Counted from the first letter of the stretch, positions 9,850-21,081 are shown. The stretch is 42,121 nt of DNA from an uncultured Methanosarcinales archaeon (GCA_964647565.1 CAZYIM010000024.1:1-42121), one strand, 5' to 3'. Program-made: numbers and translations. Notes: generated from the sequence alone by a model not told the origin.

Positions 9850-12800
9850 GTGAGGAGGAAGCAATTTTTAATAGTGTTATTAGTAGTTCTTACGTTATTT
9901 ACTAGTGTTTGGAGTGTTTCTGCTCTTGTCTGTTGTTGCATATTGGATGCTAATAATGAGCTGACTCATCCCTTTGCATCCCATGTTATTGATGATAACT
10001 GTATTGCGCCAAGTGTTCCCTACATCTACAATACAACTTTCATGAATGACGCGTGCACTCAAAGCTTTTGTGAAGGCAAACACGGTTCTAGCGGCAATCC
10101 TACTTGTACTTCTGTACAGTGTGAAAGTGATAATCTTGTTGAATGTTTATGTGGAGGACAGACGGCTTCTGCAGGTAAATTTTGTTGTTCGGGTAATCCT
10201 TCAATCAAGATTTTTGATACTCAAGCAGATTGTCATACTCAAAGTTCAGTATGTAAAGGCACATCTTCTGACTGCCCTTTACATACTGTGAAAGGAACTG
10301 TTTTTGACCAGAACTCTGCGACCAAGTTTGCTAATGTAGAAGTAAGACTGGGCTCTTACACAACCACAACCAATTCTAGTGGGCAATACAAGTTCGAGAA
10401 TTTGGTTGGGTTTACGACCGTGGGCACAGTTGTTGCATCACATACCGGATATACTGATAAGAGTGTCACACTGAATTTCCAAAGTGCAGTGGCGTGTGAA
10501 ATCAATGTGGATAATATTGTTATGCAGCCAATAGCAGGTCCAGAGGCCTGTGCGGGTATTGGCAACTGCTGCCTTGCAGGATACGTTTGCCCTGATAACT
10601 TGGTTTTTACAGGGCTGTTCTCTGATTGTGATACTGCTTGCTGTCACAATCCCTGTATTGCAGTGGAGGATTACTGTTCGCCTGGCCTATGTGACCTCGG
10701 CGGCAACAGGTGGTGCAATTCATCTCACGAATGGATGAGTTTTGATATTAATGATAATACTGAAAAGGGTATTTATTGTAGTGCAGGTAAATGCCTGAAT
10801 GCAGATCCAGACTGTATAGCAGGCGCTTGCCAGGATGATGGAAAACCCAAGTCTTGCCCTGCTCATTGTGAACATACGACTTATGATCCTAACTGTGTCT
10901 GCGATAGTACCAACGATGATGGTTACTGTCCTCCTTGGTGTAATGGCATTTCAGGTTCAACTTTCTATGACTTGAATTGTTCGACAATTGAAGACAAGTG
11001 TGGTGACGGAACATATAATGCTGCAGATAATGAGGACTGCGATGGAGCTGACTTGGGTATCTGTGACATAAATGATGATGTTTGCATTAACTGTCATTGT
11101 GTTGTAAAAGGAAGTTGTGGGAATGGCATTACAGAGATATTGAATGGTGAGCAATGTGACGACAATAACAATATTAACACTGATGCTTGCAACAATAGTT
11201 GTGAGCTAACAGCAGATCCATGTACACCTCAGCTTACATTGGGTGTAAGCCCTGCATCTGCAACTTCTATGGCCTTGAGCTGGACAATTCCCCCTGATTG
11301 TGCGGTTGATAATTACAAGATTTACAGCTGCAAACAATATGTACATCTTGGAGAAACACCTGCCACAGAATGCGATCCAAGAATACAACACTCTCCTAAT
11401 CCAGCATCCTCTGCTACTTCACTCACGTTTCCCACTGATAAGGATCATCGCTACTGTTTCAGATTGGTCGCACAATTTGATCCATCAGGAATAGTCGAAG
11501 AAAAGGTTGTTTGCGATAATACGCCTAGTGCGAGCTGTGATAGTGAACCTCCAAATTCAAATTTTTGCATCAACAACCAAGTATTTCGCTGTGATTCCGA
11601 TGGCGTTTTAAAACCAGGAGATTCTTGTGACGTGTGTTGGCTGGGTGTTTGTTTGGAAAAAGGAGATTGTGATGCAGAATGTAACGGCGCATTTAATTTA
11701 TTTTCAATCGAGAACCCTAAAATACCTGTTGCGTATCAAGGCGAGGGTGTATTCACTACAGTAGACTGTTCTGAATCCCCCAGATCAACTTGTTATCTTG
11801 ATTATACTAATAATATTGTTGATAAATATTATTCCTGTGCAAAAGTTGATAGTTGCTATAGGTATCGCTCAAATTATACTTGTGTTAATGATCCTTGTGC
11901 AGCTAATCTTAACTGTCAATGGAACTCCTATAACAATGATCTGGGTATGGGCGTGTGTGCGCCTAAAAACAAGAAAGACCAGCACTGTGAGTATGCAGAG
12001 CAAACATCCCGTACTGCTGCAACTCCTGACGATATTTATAACAGAATATCTCCTGAAGTGACAAAAGAAATATGCCTTCTTTTTGGTGATTGTTATTTCA
12101 ATGATGTATCTAACCTTTTCAATAATCCTGCCCCCCCTGCGGGATGTATTAATGTTGAAACTGTCGCATGTAAAAACTATAATAATGAAGCTGATTGCGG
12201 TAGTGAATTCTCTGTGGTAGTAAATTACCCTCCCGTTGGAACTTCACAACTCACTACAGGAAGTAATATTAAAAATGATAGTAAAGATAAATTAGAGTTA
12301 GGTAATTGTAAGTGGAACTCTTCTGAGAACTTCTGCTATACAGATTCCAATGACAATGGCTTTTTTGATAGCGCAGAAACAAATTTTGGGCGTGGTCATA
12401 CACCTCAACCCTTTATCTCAGGTCCAAGTAAAAATGGATGTGCTGTTTCAGGTCAAGAATGTTTGACAGATACAGACTATCCTATCACGACCTTGATTAA
12501 TCCCCCTCTAGCAACAGGTAAAGATGTTGAATTTGAGTTTTCAATCGTGGATGATAATGTTGATCATCTTCATTCTACTTACTATAGGATCAGGAAAAAG
12601 AGTGAAAGCTATACCTATCCCAACACACCAATGTTCAAAACAGAATATACTATTTCTTCTGAAGGAACCAATTTAGGTAAGATTACTTCAGAAGACTTGA
12701 CAGAAGATTTGACAACTGACACCTATATACTTGATATTTTCTCAATGGATATGGCATGGAACCTTGAGCCTGTCCAACACCATGAGTTTGATGTGGACGC

Positions 12801-15800
12801 GGACATCGGTGTCAATGTCAGCTGGGAATACAGCTCTTATCTTGAGAATGATATTTACAAGATTAAGATGAATATCACGCTTGAATCTGATGAGAATATT
12901 ACATGTAATCCAGGCACTCAACTTACGTTTATGGGACGTGCAGCATCATCTGACTTGGCGGGGTTAAGAGGGTCTAAATTTTTAGTCAAGGTTCCTGATT
13001 TAACAAATATTGTACTTTCAAGTGGCATTTACAATTTTCATGTAGACTGCACAGATGAGTATGGTAATAATAATATCAGTGATGTTGAAATCAAGATAGA
13101 AGCTGACAAAAGCATCTATGATATAACTCCTGAAACAGAGACCTTCAACACTAAAGATGTTGAGATAAAATTCAAGACCAATTCATCTGCAGAGTGCAGA
13201 TACAGCACAAAAATAACTGATGGTTATAAAGATATGTCTGCGGCTACTAATAAGTTTACAGCATCTGCAGATGGCAAATCCCATTCAAAAACAGTGACTG
13301 TAGCAGGACAAAAAGTAAACAAAGCCTTTGCATACTTCATTGCGTGTAATATGACTGTGACGGATCCTGTCAGCGGCACCCGGCATGAGATAGTCGAAAA
13401 GCTGTTGGAGGATGTAGCGATCTTTGCAGTAGATACGACACCACCCATGACCATTGTCAGCGATGCAACTAAAAGCCCTGAAACTTTCTGGGATCCTGGA
13501 AGATGGTATATTGAACGCTTGAAATTAAAATTCGAGTGCTTTGATCCTCCTATTAATAATCTTATGCCTGGTATGGAATTCGGATGCAAGGAGATGTATT
13601 TTGATAATACAACTGTCTGCAAACCAAAAGATAATCCGGTCGGGACCAAGACTCATTTTACTCATGAGTTCACAACACCAGGGCGCAATAAGATATGCTA
13701 TTACTCTATGGATAACGGAAGCAATAAAGAGACTCTTCATCTGAACTATACCTTAATTGATAGTGATTCAGTTGGTTTGGAAATCAATTTTACAAGAGTA
13801 GATACTGGCCAGCAGGTTGCCATCCTTGACACTGGAAACTTTAAGGCAATTTACACATTTGATATTCCCATAACTGATGTTTTTAGAGCATATTATACTA
13901 TTCAACATGCAGGAGTTGTTATTACTACAGACATCCCGGATATAACTTTGATATCTGATGCTGATAAGACGAAATATCACTCCTTAGTATATTTCTCAAA
14001 TGTATTGGCCGCTAAAGTAGATGCTCCAGTAGAATTCACTATCCAAGGCTTTAATGAGCATGGCACTCTGGTCACAGCTAAAAAGACAATCACTTTTAAT
14101 TCTATGCCTCCTGCAAAACCCACGCTTGAACCATTTCCTTTAACAGGACCAGGGACAGGATCTTCAAGAACCAACTGTCCTTCAGGAAGAATAAGCTATC
14201 CTGCCAATGGTAATGTGGCCGATTATCCTATATATTGCCATGCCATGGCTAATTATGCAGCAGGCAAAAACAGAATGAACACTTATTATTTCAATACACC
14301 TCAATTCTTTATTTCTGGTAACTCTACGAATGTTCGTCAAGCGTATATAACTTTCCATCTTGTGCAATCAACATCTGATCAACTCAAGGTTGCAGCTGAA
14401 TATAACCAGACTTTTGTCGAACCAACCCCTATTGATACTGCTGCAATATCAGGAACATATTCAAAAGGAGCTAGCAAAGTCAACGCAGTACAAACTCTAG
14501 TTACTAACAAATGGACTGCCAATAAATATTTACTGTTACCCCATATAAGAAAAGAGTATAAACACTTTAAGGAATACTATAGGATAAATGATGTTACAGG
14601 AAAAGAAGTCACCATTGATCCGGTTTTGGAAGAGCCTGGCGATGCAGGCATAATGAAGTTATATGGTAAGAGCCATCCTGATAGTTGGTTTGGAGCAACA
14701 GTAACCCAAGATTACAATCTTTTAGGTAACAACGCCTATAAATTCTATGTCAAGTCAGATGTTGGCAAGACAAGAAAGAGTGAATATGATGAATTCAGTT
14801 TTTTCATTGACCCTATCAAGCCTCAAATCTATGAGCAGCCTAATATTATAGACGGAGAAACAATTACAGAACCAGGCACCAATTTCCACATGTATACAGT
14901 TGAGGATATTAGCGGCTCTGGTGTCAATTCAGGATCTGTTAGCTGTAAGCTGAATAGTGCCCAAGGAGCTAGCGCAGATTCCAACATCTTTGTCAGAGAA
15001 GACGGTTCATTCTATCTTTACAAGGTGAAATGCAATCTTAATCTGATTGAAGATGGTGATTATCGACTTATTGTAGACGCAAGGGACTATGCCAATAATC
15101 CTATTGTTGCCAACGGTTTCTTCCCGACTGCAAGTTCGCCATTTACCATCAACTTCGGACTCTACAGGCATGCACCTGCTAAGCCTGTCTTTGCATTATT
15201 AGATGCAACGTCATATAATCCTTCTCCAAAGGGTTGGGTGATCAATAAGACACCTAGTTTTACCCTTGATTACACCAAGAAGGATAATGGAGCGCCAGAA
15301 GCACTTGTGGTTAATACGCCGACTGTTCAACTGCTAGGAGCCACCAATACTGTTAGTTGTTCAAAATCAGCTTTCAATATTTATACTTGCTCAGTTTCAG
15401 GTAATCTGCCAGAAGGAGATTATAGATTGAAAGTAACTGCTAAAAAAACAATGCCCTCAGGCAATCTAGGTCCTGAAGGCAAGCACTTTTTTTATTTCAC
15501 AGTTGATAAAACAGCACCAACGTTCAATCTGCAAGTGCCTAATCCTTGGTATGCAACAGGTACTGTGGACCTTCCTGTTCTTGTAAAACTGACCAGCACA
15601 GAAAGTGACCTGATTACAGAAGTGAGGTTAAACAGCGAATCTATATCTATTACAAATGGATTTACTATAAACAACGATGAATATGCATTTTTCATACCAT
15701 CAAGTTTCTACTGGGGTGGAGATGGCAGGAAAACTCTGCAAATAACTATAATGGATTATGCAGGCAATGCCAATACAAAGAATGTCGAGATAATGATAGA

Positions 15801-16179
15801 CACTACACCACCTGGAATCACCATCACCAATATTAGTGCTAATCCAGGTTTCATGACTGATACAAGGAACGCAACAGTAGGAACATTCTTTGTCAATGTA
15901 ACAGGTAATGTCTCTAATGATGCAAAGGAATTATGCTATTTTGAGAAGGATGTGATTAAACACTGCATCCAACGTACTGACATCTACTATGGCATACATT
16001 CTGATAATACATTTAATATTAATCTGACCATAAGCGGAGCATCACCTGGCGAGACCCCTATAGATATTGAGTTAAATGTGACTGATTATTCGACACCTCA
16101 TCTATCATATGAGGAATCATTGTTTATCCTATTGGATCTGCTGCCTCCAGACGAGCCAACTAAAAACATTACTGAATAA
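9850..16179 (+). CDS. Giant secreted Cys-rich/Ig-like surface protein (2109 aa)
   Basis: GTG start with RBS and a signal peptide. Carboxypeptidase-regulatory-like segment (VKGTVFD..TTTNSSGQYKF..ASHTGY), myxobacterial-type Cys repeat (CGNG..EQCDDNN..DACNNSC), FN3-like segment, many Ig-like DTTPP/DKTAP boundaries and many N-x-S/T sequons. Confidence 0.8.
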   Translation: MRRKQFLIVLLVVLTLFTSVWSVSALVCCCILDANNELTHPFASHVIDDNCIAPSVPYIYNTTFMNDACTQSFCEGKHGSSGNPTCTSVQCESDNLVECLCGGQTASAGKFCCSGNPSIKIFDTQADCHTQSSVCKGTSSDCPLHTVKGTVFDQNSATKFANVEVRLGSYTTTTNSSGQYKFENLVGFTTVGTVVASHTGYTDKSVTLNFQSAVACEINVDNIVMQPIAGPEACAGIGNCCLAGYVCPDNLVFTGLFSDCDTACCHNPCIAVEDYCSPGLCDLGGNRWCNSSHEWMSFDINDNTEKGIYCSAGKCLNADPDCIAGACQDDGKPKSCPAHCEHTTYDPNCVCDSTNDDGYCPPWCNGISGSTFYDLNCSTIEDKCGDGTYNAADNEDCDGADLGICDINDDVCINCHCVVKGSCGNGITEILNGEQCDDNNNINTDACNNSCELTADPCTPQLTLGVSPASATSMALSWTIPPDCAVDNYKIYSCKQYVHLGETPATECDPRIQHSPNPASSATSLTFPTDKDHRYCFRLVAQFDPSGIVEEKVVCDNTPSASCDSEPPNSNFCINNQVFRCDSDGVLKPGDSCDVCWLGVCLEKGDCDAECNGAFNLFSIENPKIPVAYQGEGVFTTVDCSESPRSTCYLDYTNNIVDKYYSCAKVDSCYRYRSNYTCVNDPCAANLNCQWNSYNNDLGMGVCAPKNKKDQHCEYAEQTSRTAATPDDIYNRISPEVTKEICLLFGDCYFNDVSNLFNNPAPPAGCINVETVACKNYNNEADCGSEFSVVVNYPPVGTSQLTTGSNIKNDSKDKLELGNCKWNSSENFCYTDSNDNGFFDSAETNFGRGHTPQPFISGPSKNGCAVSGQECLTDTDYPITTLINPPLATGKDVEFEFSIVDDNVDHLHSTYYRIRKKSESYTYPNTPMFKTEYTISSEGTNLGKITSEDLTEDLTTDTYILDIFSMDMAWNLEPVQHHEFDVDADIGVNVSWEYSSYLENDIYKIKMNITLESDENITCNPGTQLTFMGRAASSDLAGLRGSKFLVKVPDLTNIVLSSGIYNFHVDCTDEYGNNNISDVEIKIEADKSIYDITPETETFNTKDVEIKFKTNSSAECRYSTKITDGYKDMSAATNKFTASADGKSHSKTVTVAGQKVNKAFAYFIACNMTVTDPVSGTRHEIVEKLLEDVAIFAVDTTPPMTIVSDATKSPETFWDPGRWYIERLKLKFECFDPPINNLMPGMEFGCKEMYFDNTTVCKPKDNPVGTKTHFTHEFTTPGRNKICYYSMDNGSNKETLHLNYTLIDSDSVGLEINFTRVDTGQQVAILDTGNFKAIYTFDIPITDVFRAYYTIQHAGVVITTDIPDITLISDADKTKYHSLVYFSNVLAAKVDAPVEFTIQGFNEHGTLVTAKKTITFNSMPPAKPTLEPFPLTGPGTGSSRTNCPSGRISYPANGNVADYPIYCHAMANYAAGKNRMNTYYFNTPQFFISGNSTNVRQAYITFHLVQSTSDQLKVAAEYNQTFVEPTPIDTAAISGTYSKGASKVNAVQTLVTNKWTANKYLLLPHIRKEYKHFKEYYRINDVTGKEVTIDPVLEEPGDAGIMKLYGKSHPDSWFGATVTQDYNLLGNNAYKFYVKSDVGKTRKSEYDEFSFFIDPIKPQIYEQPNIIDGETITEPGTNFHMYTVEDISGSGVNSGSVSCKLNSAQGASADSNIFVREDGSFYLYKVKCNLNLIEDGDYRLIVDARDYANNPIVANGFFPTASSPFTINFGLYRHAPAKPVFALLDATSYNPSPKGWVINKTPSFTLDYTKKDNGAPEALVVNTPTVQLLGATNTVSCSKSAFNIYTCSVSGNLPEGDYRLKVTAKKTMPSGNLGPEGKHFFYFTVDKTAPTFNLQVPNPWYATGTVDLPVLVKLTSTESDLITEVRLNSESISITNGFTINNDEYAFFIPSSFYWGGDGRKTLQITIMDYAGNANTKNVEIMIDTTPPGITITNISANPGFMTDTRNATVGTFFVNVTGNVSNDAKELCYFEKDVIKHCIQRTDIYYGIHSDNTFNINLTISGASPGETPIDIELNVTDYSTPHLSYEESLFILLDLLPPDEPTKNITE

Positions 16180-16180
16180 T

Positions 16181-19100
16181 ATGAAACAAACAAGCCTGAT
16201 AATCTTAACGTTGATATGCTTAGCTATGATTTTCCAGGCGACAGCCCTTAATCAGGTCAATTCTAGCACACCTTCAATCAAGTTAGCATACAATGAAACT
16301 GTTAAAATCACCAACATGAGCCTTGTGGACAAGGATCGAGTCATAGAATATGATCTCCAGAAATTACCTATGGCTGATTTTGAGAAAAACTACACCTTCA
16401 AACCTATTCTTCCGTTAAGAAGAGGTAACTACCTGTTTGCTGTGAATGCAGAAGATAGATTGACCAACTCGCGATCGACGATATATGAATTTGAAGTGTT
16501 GCTGGCACTGCTTAACATAACTTTGGTTAATCCTTCTTTTGGTGTTTCAGCTGTTCCTGTATTCGACCTGATAATAAGAACAACTGAACTTGTACAAGGC
16601 TGTAGATATGCAACAGTCAATATACCCTATGACAATATCCCGACTCAGTCAAACCATTTCACAAGCGTGGATGGACTGGTCCATGTAATCAGGGATTTCC
16701 AGGATCTGGCTGATAAGCAGGATATGTTTGCGTATGAGATCTTTATCAAGTGCAAGGATTCATATGGTGATACCAACGACCAAACTCCTGCTGTCTACAC
16801 TTTGATGTTAGATAGAACGCCGCCCGTAGTTACTGTCCAAGCAGAGCCTCCTTTTGTGGCCGAGACCCTTTATGTGCTGATCATCGCAACTGCTGAAGAA
16901 GACGACGTACGATGCAAATACGATGAACAATATGATAACTTCACACTGATGAGACACAAGTTCCCTGGATTCGATGAAGCAAATTTCACTAATCCTGTTG
17001 TATACAACAAGACTGACATCCAAGATAAAACGAACTATAGTTATTTCATTGCATGTGAAAGCAAAGCAGGAAAGATATCTGAAACAAAAACTGTGAGCTT
17101 TAGAGTGGACCTAAGTGCGCCTTCTATGATTGTGGATTGGTGGCCAAAACAATATGCCAACTCAACCAGTCCTAAACTGAAAGTACTCACCAACAGAAAA
17201 GCCATATGCAGTTACACCCTAAATAATCAATCAACAGACTTTACTCAGACTTTCACAAGGACTCATGAAACTGTTCTCTCTGGATTGACGTCCAATCGCG
17301 AATACAGGATACCAATAAAATGCAGGTTCCAGATTGGAGGTAGGGATGATGCTATAAACATGACCTTTATGTTGGATGGTACGCCGCCAACAAAACCAAC
17401 CATCTTGTCAGGAAATAACTCGTGTTCATTGACTTCCTTGAATTTGGTGTTTGGGTCTGATGATCAGGGTGGTGCGGGTATTAAAGGGTATACATATTCA
17501 ATCTATAGGAATAAAACGCCTCTGTTTTACAAGATGTTTACTGATATATCTAATGTAAAGCACTATCTTGAGATGGATCCTGATGAGAAGTTAGAGATTC
17601 ATGTTATTGCATATGACATTGCTAATAATCCAAGTGAAGAGCTAGTACAAAATATAACTGTAACAGCACCTGATTCTGCTGGCTGCGATAGGGTACCTCC
17701 TGCTACAGGAGTTCTACGTGTGGATTACTCCCTGAGAACTGAGCTGTTTGTTTGGTGTCAAGATGGACAATCAGGTTGTGTTGAGGAATTCAAATATGGC
17801 TTTTCAGATGTTAATGGTGTCTGTACATTAGACAATACTTCTTATCTCGCAAACCAACCTCTTATTGTTAGACAGAATACAACGTTCTGCTGGGAAGTGT
17901 ATGACTGGATGTATAATAATGCTTCAGGAGAGATGGATATCATGTTTGGAGCAGATCTAGATGGGGATGGAGTTACAAGATCCACAGACTGTAATGATCA
18001 GAATGCATCAATCTATCCCGGAGCAGCAGATCCTTGCGGGGATCATATAGACTCTAACTGTGATGGTCAAAACGACTCGTGCAGAGGATGCTACAATACA
18101 CAAGATGATTGTTGTGGAGGAGATTTTGATAATGTCTGTGATCCTGATTGTACTGAGCACACAGACCGGGACTGTAGGGAGTGTACTCCTTATGACGGTG
18201 ACTGTTGCCAAGCACTTATTGATTCAATATGTGATCTTGACTGCCTTACTGGTCAAGATCCTGACTGTAATATATTTGGTGGGAAATGTACTCCTGGCAC
18301 TTGTGATGTTGGAGGTAATAAGGTATGTAATGCTGAAGGTACTTGGACTACTCATAATTATACTATGATTTGTGGGCATATTGACAGCGATGCAATTGGT
18401 ATTGATTGTCAGGAAGGTGCCTGTGATATTTATACTAACAAGGTATGTCGGAATAATTATTGGACTGTTCGCAACTACTGTGATAATTGTTCTGGTGTTG
18501 ATAGTGATTGCAGTGGTGCATGCACAGATGGAGAATGTGATTTTAGCTCTAAAAAATATTGTGCGGGCTCATCCTGGTATGGTGGTGATGAAGCTTATTG
18601 CAATAAGTGTGGTGCTATGGATGAGTTCTGTGATGTTCCTTGTATTGATGGCGTATGCAATACCAAGACCAACAAGGTTTGTTCAAACGGACAATGGATA
18701 GACAATCAATACTGTTCACTTGATGTTTGTGGCATGACTGATTCTGATTGTGGCACTCCCGAATGTCAGGAAGAGACTTGTGATATCTTTGAAAATAAAT
18801 ATTGTGCTGAGCAGGTCTGGATTGAAGACGGCTATTGTGATGTTTTGAATTGTGGCAACACTGACATTGACTGCATGGGTGTTGGATGCTCTAACGGCGC
18901 TTGTGAGAATGATGCTAATATGTATTGCCAACTAGGAAGCTGGATTGCAGGACCTTTCTGTGATAATTGTGAAGATCCTGACTGTGATTCTGTCGGAGAT
19001 AAATGTACTCCTGGCACTTGTGATATTGGGGGTAATAAGATTTGCAATGCGAATGGTGCCTGGACTACTCATAATTATACTATAATTTGTGGTCATCTTG

Positions 19101-20587
19101 ACAGCGATGCAAAAGGGCTCATCTGTCAGGAAGGTGCCTGTGATATTTATACTAACAAGGTTTGTGAAGATGGGTTTTGGACATCCAGTGGTTATTGTGA
19201 TAATTGTTCTGGCATTGATAGTGATTGCAGTGGTGCTTGTGATGAAGGAGCCTGCGATTTCAGCTCTCAAAAATATTGTTCTGATTCCTCTTGGTACGGG
19301 GGTACTGAAGCTTATTGTAATAAGTGTGGTGCCAAGGATGAAATCTGTGATGTTCTCTGTCTAGATGGTATGTGCAATACCAAGACTAATAAGATTTGTT
19401 CCAATGGACAATGGGATTCAAACCAATATTGCACTTCAGATGTTTGTGGTCTGGCTGATTCTGATTGTGGAATACCTTCATGTCAGGAAGAGACTTGTGA
19501 TATCTTTGCTAACAAATATTGTGAAGAACGAACCTGGATTGAAGAAGGATATTGTGAAGCTGGTAATTGTGGTAGTGCAGATTATGATTGTCTTGATATT
19601 GAATGTTCAGATGGTGCCTGTGAGAATGATGCTAATATGTATTGTCAGGTGGGAGATTGGGTAGCAGGATCTTTCTGTGATAATTGTGAAGATCCTGATT
19701 GCGAATCTGATGGAGAGACCACTTGCAGTCTGGATGCTGATGAATGCTGTAGTGATCTTTCAGATGAAAACTGTGATCCTGACTGTACGATGCAGACTGA
19801 TATCGACTGTTTAGAATGTTCGAATGCAGGAGGTGATTGTTGTGATCCTGCAGAAGATGAGAAGTGTGATCCTGATTGTATAATTGGTCAAGATCCTGAC
19901 TGCAGAGGGGCGGATATAGATTGCGAAGGATGTAAGGCTCCAGGAGATCAGTGCAGCAGTGATGACGAATGTACATCAGGCATTTGTGATACAGCAACTC
20001 ACATGTGTACCAACCCCTCCTGTTTTGATGGTTTGCAGAATGGAGACGAAACAGAGGTAGACTGCGGCGGTGAATGCAAGCCTTGTGGTGGTGAGAGACC
20101 TCCTCCGCCTCCTATTGATCCTGTTTCAGAAGGACCATCTGCCATTGCTGTTGTGTTCTTAATATTAGGTCTTGTGCTCATAATTGGCGGAGCAGGATAT
20201 CTAGTCTATTGTAAGTATTATGGTTCTCCTTTCTTTAAAGAGGGCATCCCTGAGATGCCTCCTGTTCAAACACAGCAACAAACAGTCGAGGGCCAACCTG
20301 CAAGGCCTGTACGTCAGGCACCAGTTGTTGGGGTAACCCCTTCACAACCCGCAGAACCGCCCGGCGATCCAGAATTGTTCAAGGAGCGGATGAATATTAA
20401 GAAGAGAAAGAGGACATCTCTTATGTCTGAATTTGAAGGCACGGAATCTGATGAAGATAGTTCTGCCCAGGCCGAACCTGCACAATCCAAGAAAAAATTA
20501 GAGCTAAAAAATATGGATGACGATGATCTTGAGCCAATCGAGCTTCCCAAGAAAAAGACTACCAAACTAAAAAACGATGAGGCTTAG
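16181..20587 (+). CDS. Membrane-anchored surface protein with Ig-like domains and a long Cys/Asp-rich repeat stalk
   Basis: Start is better placed at ATG 16181 (TAATATG coupling; MKQTSLIILTLICLAMIFQATA signal). DRTPP/DGTPP Ig-like domains, putative metal-binding repeat DLDGDG..DCND..IYPGA..CGD.IDSNCDG, CFDGLQNGDETEVDCGGEC, a C-terminal TM helix (IAVVFLILGLVLIIGGAGYLVY) and a charged cytoplasmic tail. Confidence 0.82.
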   Translation: MKQTSLIILTLICLAMIFQATALNQVNSSTPSIKLAYNETVKITNMSLVDKDRVIEYDLQKLPMADFEKNYTFKPILPLRRGNYLFAVNAEDRLTNSRSTIYEFEVLLALLNITLVNPSFGVSAVPVFDLIIRTTELVQGCRYATVNIPYDNIPTQSNHFTSVDGLVHVIRDFQDLADKQDMFAYEIFIKCKDSYGDTNDQTPAVYTLMLDRTPPVVTVQAEPPFVAETLYVLIIATAEEDDVRCKYDEQYDNFTLMRHKFPGFDEANFTNPVVYNKTDIQDKTNYSYFIACESKAGKISETKTVSFRVDLSAPSMIVDWWPKQYANSTSPKLKVLTNRKAICSYTLNNQSTDFTQTFTRTHETVLSGLTSNREYRIPIKCRFQIGGRDDAINMTFMLDGTPPTKPTILSGNNSCSLTSLNLVFGSDDQGGAGIKGYTYSIYRNKTPLFYKMFTDISNVKHYLEMDPDEKLEIHVIAYDIANNPSEELVQNITVTAPDSAGCDRVPPATGVLRVDYSLRTELFVWCQDGQSGCVEEFKYGFSDVNGVCTLDNTSYLANQPLIVRQNTTFCWEVYDWMYNNASGEMDIMFGADLDGDGVTRSTDCNDQNASIYPGAADPCGDHIDSNCDGQNDSCRGCYNTQDDCCGGDFDNVCDPDCTEHTDRDCRECTPYDGDCCQALIDSICDLDCLTGQDPDCNIFGGKCTPGTCDVGGNKVCNAEGTWTTHNYTMICGHIDSDAIGIDCQEGACDIYTNKVCRNNYWTVRNYCDNCSGVDSDCSGACTDGECDFSSKKYCAGSSWYGGDEAYCNKCGAMDEFCDVPCIDGVCNTKTNKVCSNGQWIDNQYCSLDVCGMTDSDCGTPECQEETCDIFENKYCAEQVWIEDGYCDVLNCGNTDIDCMGVGCSNGACENDANMYCQLGSWIAGPFCDNCEDPDCDSVGDKCTPGTCDIGGNKICNANGAWTTHNYTIICGHLDSDAKGLICQEGACDIYTNKVCEDGFWTSSGYCDNCSGIDSDCSGACDEGACDFSSQKYCSDSSWYGGTEAYCNKCGAKDEICDVLCLDGMCNTKTNKICSNGQWDSNQYCTSDVCGLADSDCGIPSCQEETCDIFANKYCEERTWIEEGYCEAGNCGSADYDCLDIECSDGACENDANMYCQVGDWVAGSFCDNCEDPDCESDGETTCSLDADECCSDLSDENCDPDCTMQTDIDCLECSNAGGDCCDPAEDEKCDPDCIIGQDPDCRGADIDCEGCKAPGDQCSSDDECTSGICDTATHMCTNPSCFDGLQNGDETEVDCGGECKPCGGERPPPPPIDPVSEGPSAIAVVFLILGLVLIIGGAGYLVYCKYYGSPFFKEGIPEMPPVQTQQQTVEGQPARPVRQAPVVGVTPSQPAEPPGDPELFKERMNIKKRKRTSLMSEFEGTESDEDSSAQAEPAQSKKKLELKNMDDDDLEPIELPKKKTTKLKNDEA
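18284..19703 (+). repeat. Intragenic tandem duplication, period 717 bp (239 aa)
   Basis: AAATGTACTCCTGGCACTTGTGAT occurs at 18284 and 19001, and TGATAATTGTGAAGATCCTGA at 18961 and 19678. Each copy holds six ~40-aa Cys repeats. Confidence 0.9.
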
Positions 20588-20591
20588 TAAA

Positions 20592-21080
20592 ATGCTTAAG
20601 CAATCACAAATAAAGCAGGTTTTTATCTATATTTTTTTAATGCTTATTGTAGGCGCACTCTTTCTGGTGGGATATAAAGCATTTGATTCCTTAATGCAGA
20701 AGAATTGTGAAGCTGAGAAGATAAGTTTTCAGAAAACTTTTTTTGGTCTGGTCAACAGGTTCAGCCTTTATGGTGCGTTAAATAGAGAATCCTTACATCT
20801 TCCATGTGATTTCTATATGCTTTGCTTGGCTGACGCCTCTAAATTAGGAAATACAGCCTATGATGGCGGTAATAAGTATATCGATGATGCTGTTCAATCC
20901 GGCTCTGCAAACATTTTTCTATTAACATTTGAAAATAAGACCATTGATGCAGTGGGAACCTCTAGGAAGATCCAAATTTATAATCCTGAAAAAACACTTT
21001 GCATTAAAAAGTTGTCTGGTGTTGTCAAAATAGAATTTGCAGGTCGTTCTAACACCACAAGGATTAGGCCTTTCTCATAA
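20592..21080 (+). CDS. Pilin-like protein (class III signal peptide)
   Basis: MLKQSQ followed by the hydrophobic stretch VFIYIFLMLIVGALFLVG; alternative start at 20577. Confidence 0.65.
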   Translation: MLKQSQIKQVFIYIFLMLIVGALFLVGYKAFDSLMQKNCEAEKISFQKTFFGLVNRFSLYGALNRESLHLPCDFYMLCLADASKLGNTAYDGGNKYIDDAVQSGSANIFLLTFENKTIDAVGTSRKIQIYNPEKTLCIKKLSGVVKIEFAGRSNTTRIRPFS

Positions 21081-21081
21081 A

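Noticed and set aside
16109..16180. Track start for the 1492-aa ORF (and similarly 21037, 25214, 26485, 27039, 33840)
   Set aside because: Downstream ATGs put the signal peptide at the N-terminus and match stop-start coupling or an RBS.
18284..19703. Diversity-generating retroelement TR/VR pair
   Set aside because: Both copies are in frame within one gene and far longer than a typical TR, the differences are not confined to adenines, and no reverse transcriptase is present.
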